The notes under the pieces were generated by a model, which worked only from the letters and a program-made list of their open reading frames with translations, did no database searches and was not told the DNA's origin. Position numbers and translations under genes: made by a program. A stretch of 64,000 nt of DNA. It comes from Podarcis vaucheri. Lineage: Eukaryota. This document shows positions 1 through 12,855 of the stretch, piece after piece; the stretch's first letter is position 1; every line of letters starts with the position of its first letter. The stretch lies in NCBI GenBank assembly GCA_965113315.1, contig OZ220369.1; one strand, 5' to 3'.

Positions 1-44
1 CAAATGGCACCTAGGTTACGGTCACCACAATGGAAAGTCTATTC

Positions 45-105
45 GCAAGGGGGTTGGACTAGATGACCCTTGGGATCCCTTCCAATGCTACAATTCTACG
101 ATCTC
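45..105 (+). mobile_element. CR1 LINE 3' terminus
   Basis: GGGGGTTGGACTAGATGACCCTTGGGATCCCTTCCAATGCTACAATTCTACGATCT has the CR1 3' stem-loop and ATTCTRTG-type tail; same motif as at 52686-52760. Confidence 0.7.
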
Positions 106-574
106 AACTACATTGCTTGGCTGTAGCTTGCTCTTACAACAATTCACTTGTCCCAGGATGCAAGAAGGAGAAACAAAGAAAGTGAAAATGGAAATGGTAT
201 TAACTGCAGAGCTTTTTAAACTGTTGTCACCAACCTAGCACCCAGAAATCACCACGTAGTCGCAATTGGACCCACTGCTGTAACACCTCCTTTCTGCAGC
301 TATTCCTCCACTCTCCATTTATTTATTTATTCCCGCCCCCAACCCGTGCAAAGCTGTGATCACATAAATAAAGCAAGCGTGAGCAAGTTACCTATATCAC
401 TGTGTGCTATTTGTATGGTATGATAATGTATTTTCCTTTCATTCACGGTTCCCTGAAAGCTCTTATGGGTGAATAATGCAAAAACGGTCAAGATGTTTCT
501 AACAGTTGCTGCTTATTATATGTTGTAAAATGAAATAAAAACATTTTATTTCATTTTTGAGAGAGATGGGGGGA

Positions 575-744
575 GGGAGAGAGCGAGAGCGAGAGCGAGA
601 GAGAGAAGCAGGCAGGCTGTAAATATAGCTATTCCATAAAAGAAAAGTCAGCATCATGGTTAAGAGTTATACATCACTGCCACCCTAAGCTAAATGCAAA
701 ATCTGAAAGCAAGAGATTTAAGAAACACAAGGAGGTTGTCAGAT

Positions 745-776
<32 letters not shown>

Positions 777-790
777 TGTTGTTGTTGTTT
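575..790 (+). repeat. (GA)n/(GAGAGC)n at ~577-606 and (GT)n(GTT)n at ~751-788
   Basis: Read directly from sequence. Confidence 0.9.
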
Positions 791-1861
791 TTAAAAAGAA
801 GATATACATAAAGGTACTAAAACATATTGTGCTCCGCTTCCCACGCTGTTTTGCAGACAGCTTTAATGTGTTGTAGCAGACCAATACTGACAACAGAAGC
901 TTCAGCTTTCATTGCTGTTAATACCCTAAGCAATTACTGTTGCTCAGCAGGTACTCCTGCCCAGAATGGCAACTCGCACTGTAATCCAACATTATTTTTT
1001 TGCAGGAGCAATTCCTCCTGAACACCAAAGCACCTGCTAATGTGCAAAATTGCATAAATGGGGCTTAAAACGTCTCGTAGCTTTAAAAGCCATCACTTTT
1101 AAAAAAAACACCCAGTATTGTTCATGTCAGAGTATTATTGAATTTGCTAGAGAGCAGGGATTGAAAGGGGGGGAGCGGCATAAAAAAAGTTTTGTTTTTT
1201 TTTAAGGAAGCTGGACTGGCTCCAAAAATCAGAAGGATGTGAAAAATTACCTGTAAGGGGAGAAACTGTACATAATTGAGATCTCCGGGGGGTAAAAATA
1301 GCAGACACATAAATATTGAAACAGACTGTCAAAGTAACCAGGGAAAGGAAGCACATTCTCTAACACCGCAGCTTTACAACGTTAACCAGAAGCAGCAGGG
1401 GAAGGGGGCGAGAGAAAAGGGGGAAGGCAGGGAGAAAGAAAAAAGAAAGATTTGGGGAGAGGAACAGATGGTGGTTTACAGAGCTGAGCAACAGGCCACC
1501 CAAATATGTGTATTTTATTTAAGTTTTTGAAAAACAGATCTCTTTCTGACCTCAAGAGCAACCTGGTAGGAAGTTCCTACATAATGCTGCTGTCTTAAGT
1601 CATGTGTGGTCAGCAGATGTAGGTGGCAAAGGATGGCAGACCCACTGGGCATCATGTTCACATGGACCCTGCGCTCAATACACCTAAGCACATTAGGCTC
1701 TGGCACAGAATGCTAAACCAAACCATGGCTTGGCAAGAATGAGCAACCAAGCAGGCACCTGGAGAGAAGATGGCGGCTTTACAATTACATCTGAACCTGG
1801 ACTTATGGTTTATCTCCCCCAGAGTGGTATGCCATAGAACAATCCTTGGCTACAGCTCATG

Positions 1862-2526
1862 GATTGAAGTTGAATCCTGACAAGACAGAAGTACTGTTTT
1901 GGGGGGACAGGGGGCAGGCTGGTGTGGAGGACTCCCTGGTCCTGAATGGGGTAACTGTGCCCCTGAAGGACCAGGTGCGCAGCCTGGGAGTCATTTTGGA
2001 CTCACAGCTGTCCATGGAGCCGCAGGTCAATTCTGTATCCAGGGCAGCTGTCTACCAACTCCACCTGGTACGCAGGCTGAGACCCTACCTGCCCGCGGAC
2101 TGTCTCGCCAGAAAGACCTACATTGGCTCCCAGTACGTTTCCGAGCACAATTCAAAGTGCTGGTGTTGACCTTTAAAGCCCTAAACGGCCTCGGCCCAGT
2201 ATACCTGAAGGAGCGTCTCCACCCCCATTGTTCTGCCCGGACGCTGAGGTCCAGCGCCGAGGGCCTTCTGGCGGTTCCCTCATTGTGAGAAGCAAAGCTA
2301 CAGGGAACCAGGCAGAGGGCCTTCTCGGTAGTGGCGCCTGCCCTGTGGAACGCCCTCCCATCAGATGTCAAAGCGATAAACAACTACCTAACATTCAGAA
2401 GACATCTTAAGGCAGCCCTGTTCAGGGAAGTTTTTAATGTGTGATATTTTAGTGTTTTTTGGTTTCTATGGAAGCCGCCCAGAGTGGCTGGGGAAACCCA
2501 GCCAGATGGACGGGGTACAAATAATA

Positions 2527-2573
<47 letters not shown>
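1862..2573 (+). mobile_element. L2-clade LINE, 5'-truncated 3' fragment with internal deletion and (AAT)n tail
   Basis: L2-type ORF2 motifs LKLNPDKTEVL..LGVILDSQLSM..LRPYLP, then in another frame LHWLPVRFRAQFKVLVLTFKALNGLGPVYL..RAFSVVAPALWNALP. Followed by a 3' UTR and (AAT)n at 2520-2573. Confidence 0.9.
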
Positions 2574-2575
<2 letters not shown>

Positions 2576-2629
2576 TGTGCCTGCAGGTAAGCTTTGCAGC
2601 AGGTGACAAAGACACATCTCTGCCCAAGA

Positions 2630-2777
2630 CCCAGTATTGTCCACACTGACTGGCAGAGACTCGCCAGCATTTCAAAAAAGGGAGGCTCTCCCAGCCCTAC
2701 CTGCAGATGCTGGAGATTCAATCTGGGATCACCTACACGCGGAGCGGGTGCTCTACCACTGAGCTATGTTCCCAAGG
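2630..2777 (-). mobile_element. tRNA-headed SINE (old family with CR1-like tail, Squam2-like)
   Basis: Reverse strand reads ATAGCTCAGTGGTAGAGCAC...CCCAGATTGAATCTCCAGCATCT, homologous to the copy at 53612. Confidence 0.65.
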
Positions 2778-2899
2778 TTGGTTACATAAAAAATACAAAT
2801 AAAAGACAACAGAGGACAGTGTAACCGACTTAAAAGAGTCAGCAAGATATCAGAGGTCAACGTAAGCACAATAAGAAAAGGTTAAAATTATACCGAAAG

Positions 2900-3260
2900 T
2901 GCTTGGGAAAATAAAAAAGGTCCCCCGTCTCCCCGTAAGGTAGATGCCAAGTTCTCCAGGGAAAGTTTCCACAGTTTGGCCACCACTAATGTGAAGGCCC
3001 TCTTCCCAACTTGCCATCCACCCCACCTCAGACAGCAGGAGTATCCACAGAAAGCCCTCTGCTGAAAACAATAAGGCAAGGTGTGGGAAACCTGCGGCCC
3101 TCCAGATACAGCTGAACTACAATTCCCATCAGTCTCAACAAGCATGGCCAATGGCCAGGGATGGTGGGAGTTGTAGTTCAACAACATCTGGGGGGCCAAA
3201 GGTTCTTGCCTAGTGAGTCTTTGCTGAAGATCTTAACCTACAGCTGCATATGGAGATTAG
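2900..3260 (-). mobile_element. Old L2 fragment (minus) interrupted by a hAT-type palindromic MITE at ~3077-3210
   Basis: L2-like AGTTTCCACAGTTTGGCCACCACTAATGTGAAGGCCC. The MITE arms CCCTCCAGAT..GAACTACAATTCCCATC and GGGAGTTGTAGTTCAACAACATCTGGGGGG match the family at 30898. Confidence 0.55.
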
Positions 3261-3645
3261 AATGCATGGACAAAGTCTGGCCTGGTATGTAGCAGCTTCC
3301 TATGTTCATACCTAAGTCCACAATGGTAAACATGCAAGCAATAGGCACATACTTTGTGCAGGTCATAAAAGTAAGGCATTTCTTCCTTATCGTTCATAGG
3401 TGCCACACATTTATAGCTTATGAGAAATTACCAGAAGTGCACTAGAATATAACATTGTAGTAACCGTAGTAATTACATAAAGTGGCACCTAGTAGCATGT
3501 TCAACCTCACAATGCAAAAATAAAGACTGTCAAAGAACAAGATATAGGTAAACAAGAATCATGACCATGGAGAGTAGCAACTGCCAGGAAGGTTTTGGTT
3601 GCAATAAAAACTAGTCTTTGAAAAGTTCCCAATATTATGTTTTTA

Positions 3646-4150
<505 letters not shown>

Positions 4151-4611
4151 TTATATTGTTTTAAGGATCAATTCTCTAGGGAACTGTGTCACAAAAACAA
4201 GTACTGCCAGAGTGATCCCCAGAATTAAACTGGAGCAATGACCAGATCACAACCTAACACAGTTATAAGTCAATCAAGGCAGGAAACAAAGTCAAACTTC
4301 TTGCAGCTAAATAGTCATTAAAAATCCAACAGTGCTAACCTGGTTTTGCTCCTAATCGTGAAATCACTTACTCTATGACAAGCACAAATTATTTATATGC
4401 TGTATGACCTTTCAAAGTAGCCTCTACTGTAAAATTGCACAACATATCCTACAACACCCTAATTCTATATTTTTCACTACAGACTTTATTGTCACTGCCT
4501 CTTGATAAGAGGACAGGAAAACTCATGTTCTTTCATTAGATGAGAATGGCTTTTTGCTTTTTTGCTTCCATGAAACAATTTATATAGGAAGATATAAGGA
4601 GGTAAGCTAGT

Positions 4612-4812
4612 AAGAGCCACTGTGGTATAGTGGTTATAATGTCGAACCTGGGAGACCCAGGTTCAAATCCCCACTTGACCATGAATTTTGATTTTGAGCC
4701 AGTCACTGCCTCTCAACCTAACTTACCTGACAAGACTGTTGTGAGGAATGAGGAGGGGAAGAACCATGCATACCATCTTAAGCTCCTTGGAGGAAAAGGC
4801 AGGGTATAAAGG
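4612..4812 (+). mobile_element. Squam3A-like tRNA/CORE SINE (older copy)
   Basis: A-box TGGTATAGTGG, B-box GGTTCAAATCC, CORE-like GAGCCAGTCACTGCCTCTCAACCTAAC, and tail AGCTCCTTGGAGGAAAAGGCAGGGTATAAA. Confidence 0.7.
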
Positions 4813-5261
4813 CAACAACAACCATTTTTTTTTAAATCTGGTGCCCAAGTGGTTATATTTGTCATATGTTATCATAGCATAAAATGTGCCGGCTGCACAA
4901 AAAATCAGCACCTGCACTGGCTTCAAGCTGGCTAGCACTGGCGGACTAGATGTCAGAAAACAGGAAATCCTCTTTAGAGTGTCTATAAAACACTCCCCAA
5001 TCTTTTGCAGATAGGCATCAAATGTTTCCCCGTTCTGGCTGATTTGCACATAATGTAGCATCCAGTGTGTCTGTGTGTATGATCCACGGTGACTCAAGTT
5101 CCCCAGATGGAACTTCCTCAAATACAGGGCTCTCTGAGAAAGCCCATTCAGACTAAAAACTGCAGGGCTTCTCAAGCAAGAAGAAACAACTCTACTTGTC
5201 AACAGGCAGCTACATTAGTAATCCAAAACTGAGAAGGGAACTGCAGTTGTTGAGGGGTTTT

Positions 5262-5354
5262 GGAGGAGGAGGAGGAGGAGGAGGAGGAGGAGGAGGAGGA
5301 GGAGGAGAAGAAGAAGAAGAAGAAGAAGAAGAAGAAGAAGAAGAAGAAGAAGAA
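5262..5354 (+). repeat. Compound microsatellite (GGA)15(GAA)16
   Basis: Read directly from sequence. Confidence 0.97.
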
Positions 5355-5777
5355 ATAATTCTATTATAATTCTCTGCAGGAGAAAGTTTCCATTTCTAAA
5401 AATGTCTCGTTTCATAACATTAATTAGTAGCAGAAATAATGGTTACAATACCAGTCAAATCTGACAGTGTTTAAAGATGCAATTAACATCTTAAAAATCA
5501 GATCCCAAGTCGATTTAAGACACCGGGAAATTTCCTGATTCAGGTTTCTTTCTTTCCTTGAAAGCCTTTACCACCGCACAACAAACCCAGTATCCCTTGG
5601 TCAGGGTGGGATGGGAGTCTGGTGACACCAGAGCGCTAATAACATGCCACTGTCCCAATATAAAGACCCAGAAAAGTTCCTGCCTTTCCTCAGTCTGGAA
5701 ACCTCATTGCTGAGAGGGATGGTCATGACGGTAGGTTCCTTCCAAACTCCTAGGCTGCTCTGCTTGCCCCAAGGGAA

Positions 5778-5905
5778 CAGTGGTTTTTTTCCTAGAAAAA
5801 TAGGTGCTGGTACTCACCATGAAGTTGTTACCATAAATGCCACAACAAAAAGGAGGTGCTGGTACTGTGTACCCTTGAGTACCCCCTGGAGAAAAAACCC
5901 CACTG
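5778..5905. mobile_element. Short non-autonomous DNA transposon (hAT-like TIRs)
   Basis: Ends CAGTGGTTTTTTTCC ... GAAAAAACCCCACTG, with an internal AGGTGCTGGTACT repeat. A related end occurs at ~14555-14589. No clear TSD. Confidence 0.5.
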
Positions 5906-6294
5906 CTTGGGTCCATTTTTTAGCCAGAGTCCCAGACACATACTCCCTTCCCGCTAGAAGTTTAGGTGCAGAATAGGGGTTTGCATGGGTTAAAACAGAA
6001 AGATTGAGGGACCTCCAGCTATATCATTAACCTCTTCAGCTGCCCCCTCTATCTCCTTGTCCTTTAGTCTTAGGCTGCATCCTGTTTATTACTTCCTCTA
6101 CCACACACTTCCCTCTCAGACCTCGAGACAAGAGTTCGCCTTCTAAATATCCTCTGAGAGAAGAAGAAATGAGCCAACATGACTAGCTTGTTCTCCTCTG
6201 GACTAGTTAAAGACTAGAACTAGAAACCTTTTCTAGCAGAGTTATGCATCTACGGCAATAAACAGCTTTATTATTTTCTTACTGAAAAGCAAAA

Positions 6295-6532
6295 GGAGCC
6301 AGTGTGGTGTAGTGGTTAAGAGCAGAGGACTCATAATCTGGTGAACCGGGTTTGATTCCCCGCTCCTCCACACGCAGCTGCTGGGTGACCTTGGGCTAGT
6401 CACACTTCTCTGAAGTCTCTCAGCCTCACTCACCTCACAGGGGAGGAAAGGGAAAGGAGATTGTTAGCCGCTTTGAGACTCCTTAGGGTAGTGATAAAGC
6501 GGGATATCAAATCCAAACTCTTCTTCTTCTTC
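6295..6532 (+). mobile_element. Squam3B-like tRNA/CORE SINE with (CTT)n tail
   Basis: GGAGCCAGTGTGGTGTAGTGGTTAAGAGC..GGGTTTGATTCCCC head, GGGTGACCTTGGGCTAGTCAC CORE, (CTT)n end; closely similar to the copy at 45896-46512. Confidence 0.85.
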
Positions 6533-9500
6533 ATATCTGTGTAATTGTAATAGGTAAAGCCTACTCTCTAACCCAGATTCACTAGCCAAACATGGCTCAC
6601 TTGGCATTCTAAAGGGTTTCAATAGGTAATTGATCTACCAGCTCTAGCTGAAATTCACAGGGGTTCCCCCCAACCTCTGTCTCTGATCGACTCATTTAAC
6701 CCCACTACATAGAATTGAGGGGGGATGGGGAAAGAGAAAGAGAAAGGGGGTGTGGACTATCAAGGCAATCAAGAGTGTCTCTTCTTTCCTTGTTATTTTT
6801 GTTCCTTTTCTATTTACTGAACTGCCCAGGAGCTGCAGATGGCTCCTGAGACACCGTTTGGACACGACGATGTGCCTCTTCCTTTTCTCTCTTGCTCACT
6901 TTCTGGAAGCGTACATGCTGTTCTGCCAAGAGGCGTAGCTGTGAATAAACCACATGCAGAATATATTGTATGCTCTCTCTCTCTCCCTCTCTCTCCCCAT
7001 TGCTTTAATACCTAATTGTTGAAGAAGTGGGAGGGGAAAAGAGGAGGAAAGGAGACAGAGTCGAGCAATAGCTCTCCTTCTACATCTCTTTACAGCCAGC
7101 AATTCTAAGAGTGCATTATCTTCACTATAAAGTCTCTTACGTTTATGGAAATATGTCTTTCATCCTGAAAGATTATATACCACAAACTGAAATTGAGGCC
7201 ATATGCTGAGGAATTAATTTCTTCGATCACTGGAGAGGGAGAGAGAGGCAGGCCCAACCACCTCAAGGGATAAAATTCCTGCAACTGCTTAAGTGTGATA
7301 CCACAAAATAATTCAACAGGGTGGAATGCTTAAAAACAAACTGACATTGAAGGATGAATTTAGATAAGCTGAGAGTATTATCAAAGATGGGATTTGACAG
7401 AATTTAAGCCTCTGGTTCTTTTGTGATAGGAGTGATGGGGTTTTATGCTGCCAGTGAGAAGGGGGAAGAGAAGCACACCTCATGTCAATGATTAGATACA
7501 GGATTTCAGTTTACAGCATCACTAACAAAGAGACCAGGACAGGGGCCACTCCATATACTGCACCTAATTCAGCCACGCAGGTGGAACATAGTCTCTCTCT
7601 GCCCTACTTGGATATGCTGAGGGTTGGACCTGGGAACTTCTACATGCAAGGCAGATGCTCTCCCACTAAGCTTTGACCCACCCCCTATGGGAGACAAATA
7701 TTGTGTTCGCAGCATGGTTGGAAAAGGTGGTCCAACTGCCTCTAGCATTTATTTGTCCCTTAAGTTGAAACACAATTCGGGAGAAACTAGTATAAGAACA
7801 CAACAGCCATGCTGGAACAGACCATCTAGTTCAGAATCGGTGGCCAACCAGCACTGAAGGAGGTCAGGGGTGGTGATCTGGAAGCAAAGCACGCAGCAGG
7901 CAAGTAAGCCGGTGGGGACAATCCAAAAAGCGACTTTGTCTTCACTCAAAAGAGCAAGATGCTCACATTGAGAAGCCTGGCCAAAGCCTGAAAATTTATA
8001 GGATCAAGAGGAATCCTATTGGCCCTATCGTGTCACCTGATAAGCGCTGCACTAGAAGATGCAGTATTGCTCTCCAGCCAGCCGCACCAACCAATGCTGA
8101 TCTTGACTGGTATATCCCAGTCCTGGCAATCAGCTGCAGTGGCAGACAGTATAAGGTACCTGAGATTCACTTGCCAACAACCTGGGATGAGAGAATGGCA
8201 GGCAGGCAATCAAAATGTCACATCCATCCAGCTGGACCCAACATGTGAAAAATCATAACATATCTGAAGCTGTGGATCAGAATGTCTCACTTGGCAGTGC
8301 AAAAAGAAAAGAAAAAAGAAGAGGAGGGGAAGAAGGGTGAACAGGAGGTTTCGCCTTTGCTGCTTTTAAACCAAAGCCTCCTTTCAAGCGTCAAGCTGTA
8401 GCCTGTGTTTGAACTATACACCTTGGACTTCCACCTCGCTGGCACTTCATCATCAGGAAGCAGATTCCTGGCATGTCATGTCAGCTTGACAAACCTGCAC
8501 TCACCAGATGCATCCTGGTAGAGCTAGCTGCAAATTCATGACTCAGTCCACTAAAGCACAAAGAGATGAACTCAGATATCATGAGGTTCTACAAAGCTGT
8601 TTGTGGTTTCTCAGAGAAGTTTAAGATCTTTCAAGAGGGTTTGTGTTTGTGGTTCCCTCCCCCATGCATTTTTTTTTTGGGGGGGGGGTAAAAGTTGAAA
8701 GATAAATTCACAGGAAGAACCAAAGCACTGCAAACACAGCAGAAATTTAAAAGAACAGGAAAAATAAGAACTTCTTCAGAAAATTAGAGAACTCTTTCTT
8801 ACAGAATTTACCTGACCATCAATACCTACCTTTGCTACTTCCTTTTTGGTTCAGAAATATGTAAAAACTAGAATTTCCATAATCATTTAAAATACGCAGA
8901 CACAGAAGTTTTTAAGTGAAGCAACTAGGAAACAATGCCACTGGAAAACAATGTCAGGTGTCAGTTCTGCAACAGAATCTTTTCCATTTCTCCCTCCCCT
9001 TAATGTTTCCAAATTCCTTTTACACCACTGCCAGGAAAGCTTTCACTACAGTTGCTTTTTTATTTTTAAAAAAGGCTCTTGTAAAACACCAGATGCCAGA
9101 AGCTAATCACTTCAGCTACCTACAATCTGCCAGTGAAGAATCCCCAACAGAGGGAGGCTTGAAGTAGCAAGGGTCCCTTGGCACATCACCACTTGAAGTC
9201 GCAAAGCCCTCAACAGCTATGTAGGCAATGCCCCCGGTTTCCGGTTGTTCTTCTCACGTTGGATTGGTATTAAAACAAAAATAAATTAATTCAACATTTG
9301 TAGGCCTTTTCGGAGGTGAGAGTAGGTGGAGGTGGAGAGCTCCCACCAGATTTTATGATCCTGCACTGCAAAGAGCTGCATAAAAATTCAGGTTCCTATA
9401 TACTAGCACGGAATTGTTAGTCGTCTAGAATATTTAAGAGTTCTTCCCAAACCATTCTTCTGCCAAAATGAAGAGGAGAAATGGGGACGAGGGAGAAGAG

Positions 9501-12331
9501 AAATGTGGTTTGTTGAAAACGAGTATCAGATTTGGTTCAAATCCCTGTCCAGCTCACTTAAGTATCACTGAAAATATCACTCTCACTCTAAGCCACAGAT
9601 AAATGGACAAAGATACCTTGAAAGAAAATGTGAATCAGAAGCAAGGTTGTTCTAGTTATAGCGGCGTTTTAAAATAGCCACTTGTCTACGGCAAGTAACT
9701 AAATATTCATAAAAATAAATACTTAATGGTAATAATGATGATATAATATTTCAACTGCCTGCAGGTGACTAAGTTGCAAAGCATAAAAAAGAAGGCTGGA
9801 GAATAGATTGTTTTCCCCTTCCTCCAAAGCTGTTGATGCCTCACAAATGTCTTCCACTGGGAGCAGACCCATTGAAGTCAATGTATTGAGGCCCATTCAT
9901 TTTAGTGGGTCTGTTCTGAGTAGGATACAATCCTTACAATGCTGTGCATTGGAAGAGAGGCTAATCTGATGAGAGGCTCATCAGACTGATGGCATTTTTC
10001 ACTAAAGAGAAGAAACTAAACTAGGACCCCTAAGTTAAGTCCTATCCCAAACCCAATGACTAGCTGCCGCATTCACGGGCATCAGTTTCCGACTGAGTGT
10101 TTATAGTGTAGCCACAACAACTTCAAAGAGCCAACGCCCGTTTGTTTTTAAAAAACAACTCATATGTCTAATTCGTACACGCAGAAAACTATTATTTGCA
10201 ATACTATTATCATGCATGACTCCTTTCCACCAAGATGTGCACTGTTAATCTTGCAGTGGGTTTAATGGGGGCGCATTTGTTTGACACAATGGTGGGGTAG
10301 GTTGCTGTGGTTGTCATTATTATTTGCAAATTTGCAAATTATGAATCCTATTGCTTATTTGCAGAGGAAGAAAGAGAACCCATGAGACGCAGAGGGGATT
10401 AGATTCTGTGGAGCGGTCCGAATCCGTAATTTGATTGTCACCAGTCAAGCTCCTCTCCCACTGACAAGGAAGAATGGATCGGGTGCCCTATCCTGCTCAG
10501 GCTTTTCAGCTCATTTGTGAGATAAAGCGAGAAGAAAATTATAGCTCCCCGATTTGTGTGTGTCGACATTTCCATTACAAAGCCTCATCTCCAGAGTGAA
10601 CAGGAATTCAAGTCCCATCCAGGGTCAGAAGCTACTTCTCTTCTGACTGAGATTCCTTAAAAGCCAGTGCAGGAAACAGGGTGTTTAGGTGTGTGGATGT
10701 TGGGCCAACATAAAGTGTAAAACGTGTCTACAACATTTTGGCACTCTTGTGCAGAAATTTAACACTTATTTTTTAGTTTGGGATGACGCGTTAAAGCAAA
10801 AGCTGGGTTTTTGCCAAAATCAGTAGCTCCGTGTCAATATTCTGGCTGGCCTTAAATGGCAAAGATAAAAATTGTGGGCAGCGTGTTCCTAACTCTGGGT
10901 TCCATCCAATGTTAGCCCTCCTCAGAGCAGATCCATTGAAGTTAATGGACATGACTAACTTAGGTTCATTAATTTCAGTACGTCTCCTCTGCTCCTCCCC
11001 TGTTGGCTTAGCCAATGCCTGCCTGAGAGAAGCTCTACCGTAACATCTAGCAATGCAAGGATGCATCATTGCACTGTCTACTCAATTTCATCCACTGCCT
11101 CTTGTGTAGCATGGAATTTCATATTATGACAACATCACATCGTGTTTCGTATTTCCAGATTCTGGAAGAGGAGACACAGGCTGCTGTCTACATCTGGCTT
11201 AAGAGACACACATGGGCAGAGTATTGGGCAACCTTGACTGTTGCTCAGTACTGCCAACCTCAATGCCAGTTCTGTTCTGATGGATGCACTGGGGAACCCA
11301 ATGAAAATGGCAGCCTAGTTCAAGGTCCTGAAGCACTCCATGTACTGTCATCACCAGTGCTGTATATTTCTCTACCCAAGCACCACAAAGCAAAGTGGAT
11401 TTTACAGCAAATGTTGAACTGGAAAGCTGTCTGGTACCCTAAATCAGGAGACAGGCAATGTAGTTCCCTCCATATGTTATTACATTGCAACTGCCATCAT
11501 GTGTGCCTGTTGGCTGTGCTGGACATGTGTTGGAAGCCCAATGCATTTGGAGTGCACCATTTTAGCTACCTCTGCCTTTTTAAAGGCTCCCTGGGAGCAG
11601 AGATGGGAAGAAAATCTGTTAAGTTTCCTCAAAAGGGCTGATGGAGACACAGTACAGGGCAGCCCATGAGCAAACACACCACTTGCTCAGAACTGGGGAA
11701 CTGTGAGCTCATTTAAACACTGCTGGCAATGAAGGGGCCACAATGCTCCGGGATCTGTCTGTCACTTGCTTTAAGACACCTGGATTATAGGGACAATTTC
11801 TACAGCTTCCAAAGAACAGAAGGAAACCTATCTCCAAGGGGAAACTGTACATTAGCCCACCGCAGTTCAAGCATTAGAAGATTTATCCTATTATAGACAT
11901 CCTTTCTGTGGCTTCCCTAAGCCATCAAAGCAACTGTTCTCTGCAAAAACTGCCCCCTTACCAATTATCTGCCGATTGTGCGAAGCAGATGCACCTGCAG
12001 TGGCACCCCAACCCATTATGCAGCTATCCCCAATCCAGTAACTATGCCAAGTCCATCTGCCATCAACCACAACGGCAATAAAGAGTACGATGGAGACACA
12101 AATATAAAAGCTTCAAAATTCAAATATCCAGAAAGCTGCAAGGTTGTTTGCACAAATTAGTTCTTGGAAATTTATTGGCTTTCTGCTCTGGCCAGGCTGG
12201 GGAGGAGGATGTGCATGTGGACTGTGAAACAGTGAATGTACACAGACCTGTGTGATAGAGGAAGGCAATGGACTTGCCATGCCTATATAGATATTAAAAA
12301 TACTACTTATATTGTGTACTGTACTCTGAAG

Positions 12332-12485
12332 CAGGGATGGGGAACTGGTGGTCCTCCAGGTGCAACTGGACTAAAACATCCATCACCCCTGACCATTGGC
12401 CATGCTGGCCGGGGCTAATGGGCGTTAGAGTCTAGCAGCATCTGGGGGGGGGGGGGGAGGTGGTCCTGCAAGTTCTCCATCCCTG
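12332..12485. mobile_element. hAT-type MITE
   Basis: TIR CAGGGATGGGGAAC / GTTCTCCATCCCTG; 8-bp TSD CTCTGAAG / CTCTAAAG. Confidence 0.8.
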
Positions 12486-12597
12486 CTCTAAAGGGAACAA
12501 CACAGGACTGATCCTGAAATGCACGCCACTGACCTACATCCCAGTGGGTAGATACCTGACTGACCACATGTCCTCAGACATAAATATGATCCAGCAG

Positions 12598-12855
12598 TTA
12601 AGAACACAAAAAACAAAAGCCTGCTGGATCAAGCCAGTGGCCCACCCAGTCCAGCATCCTGTTCTCACCGTGGCCAACCAGATTCCTGTAGGAAGTTGGC
12701 AATCAGGACCTGAGCACAAGAGCCTTCTCCCCCTCCTTTGGTTTCCAGCAAGTGGTCTTAAGAGGCATTCTGACTCTGACAGTGGAGGTATTGTGGCTAG
12801 TAGCCACCGACAGATCATCCTCCAGGAATTTGTCTAGTTCTCCTTTTAAAGCCAT
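12598..12855 (-). mobile_element. CR1 LINE 3' fragment
   Basis: Reverse-complement similarity to the CR1 3' region at 50500-50782 (CTGCTGGATCAAGCCAGTGGCCCACCCAGTCCAGCATCCTGTTCTCAC). Confidence 0.65.

Noticed and set aside
2384-2721. Poly-Y/N/I/L ORFs (also at 5215, 16229, 24867, 48334)
   Set aside because: Translations of microsatellites.
11069-11641. Longest ORF in the track (190 aa, + strand)
   Set aside because: Non-ATG start, no recognisable domain, Cys/His/Trp-rich random composition, antisense within a RERE intron.
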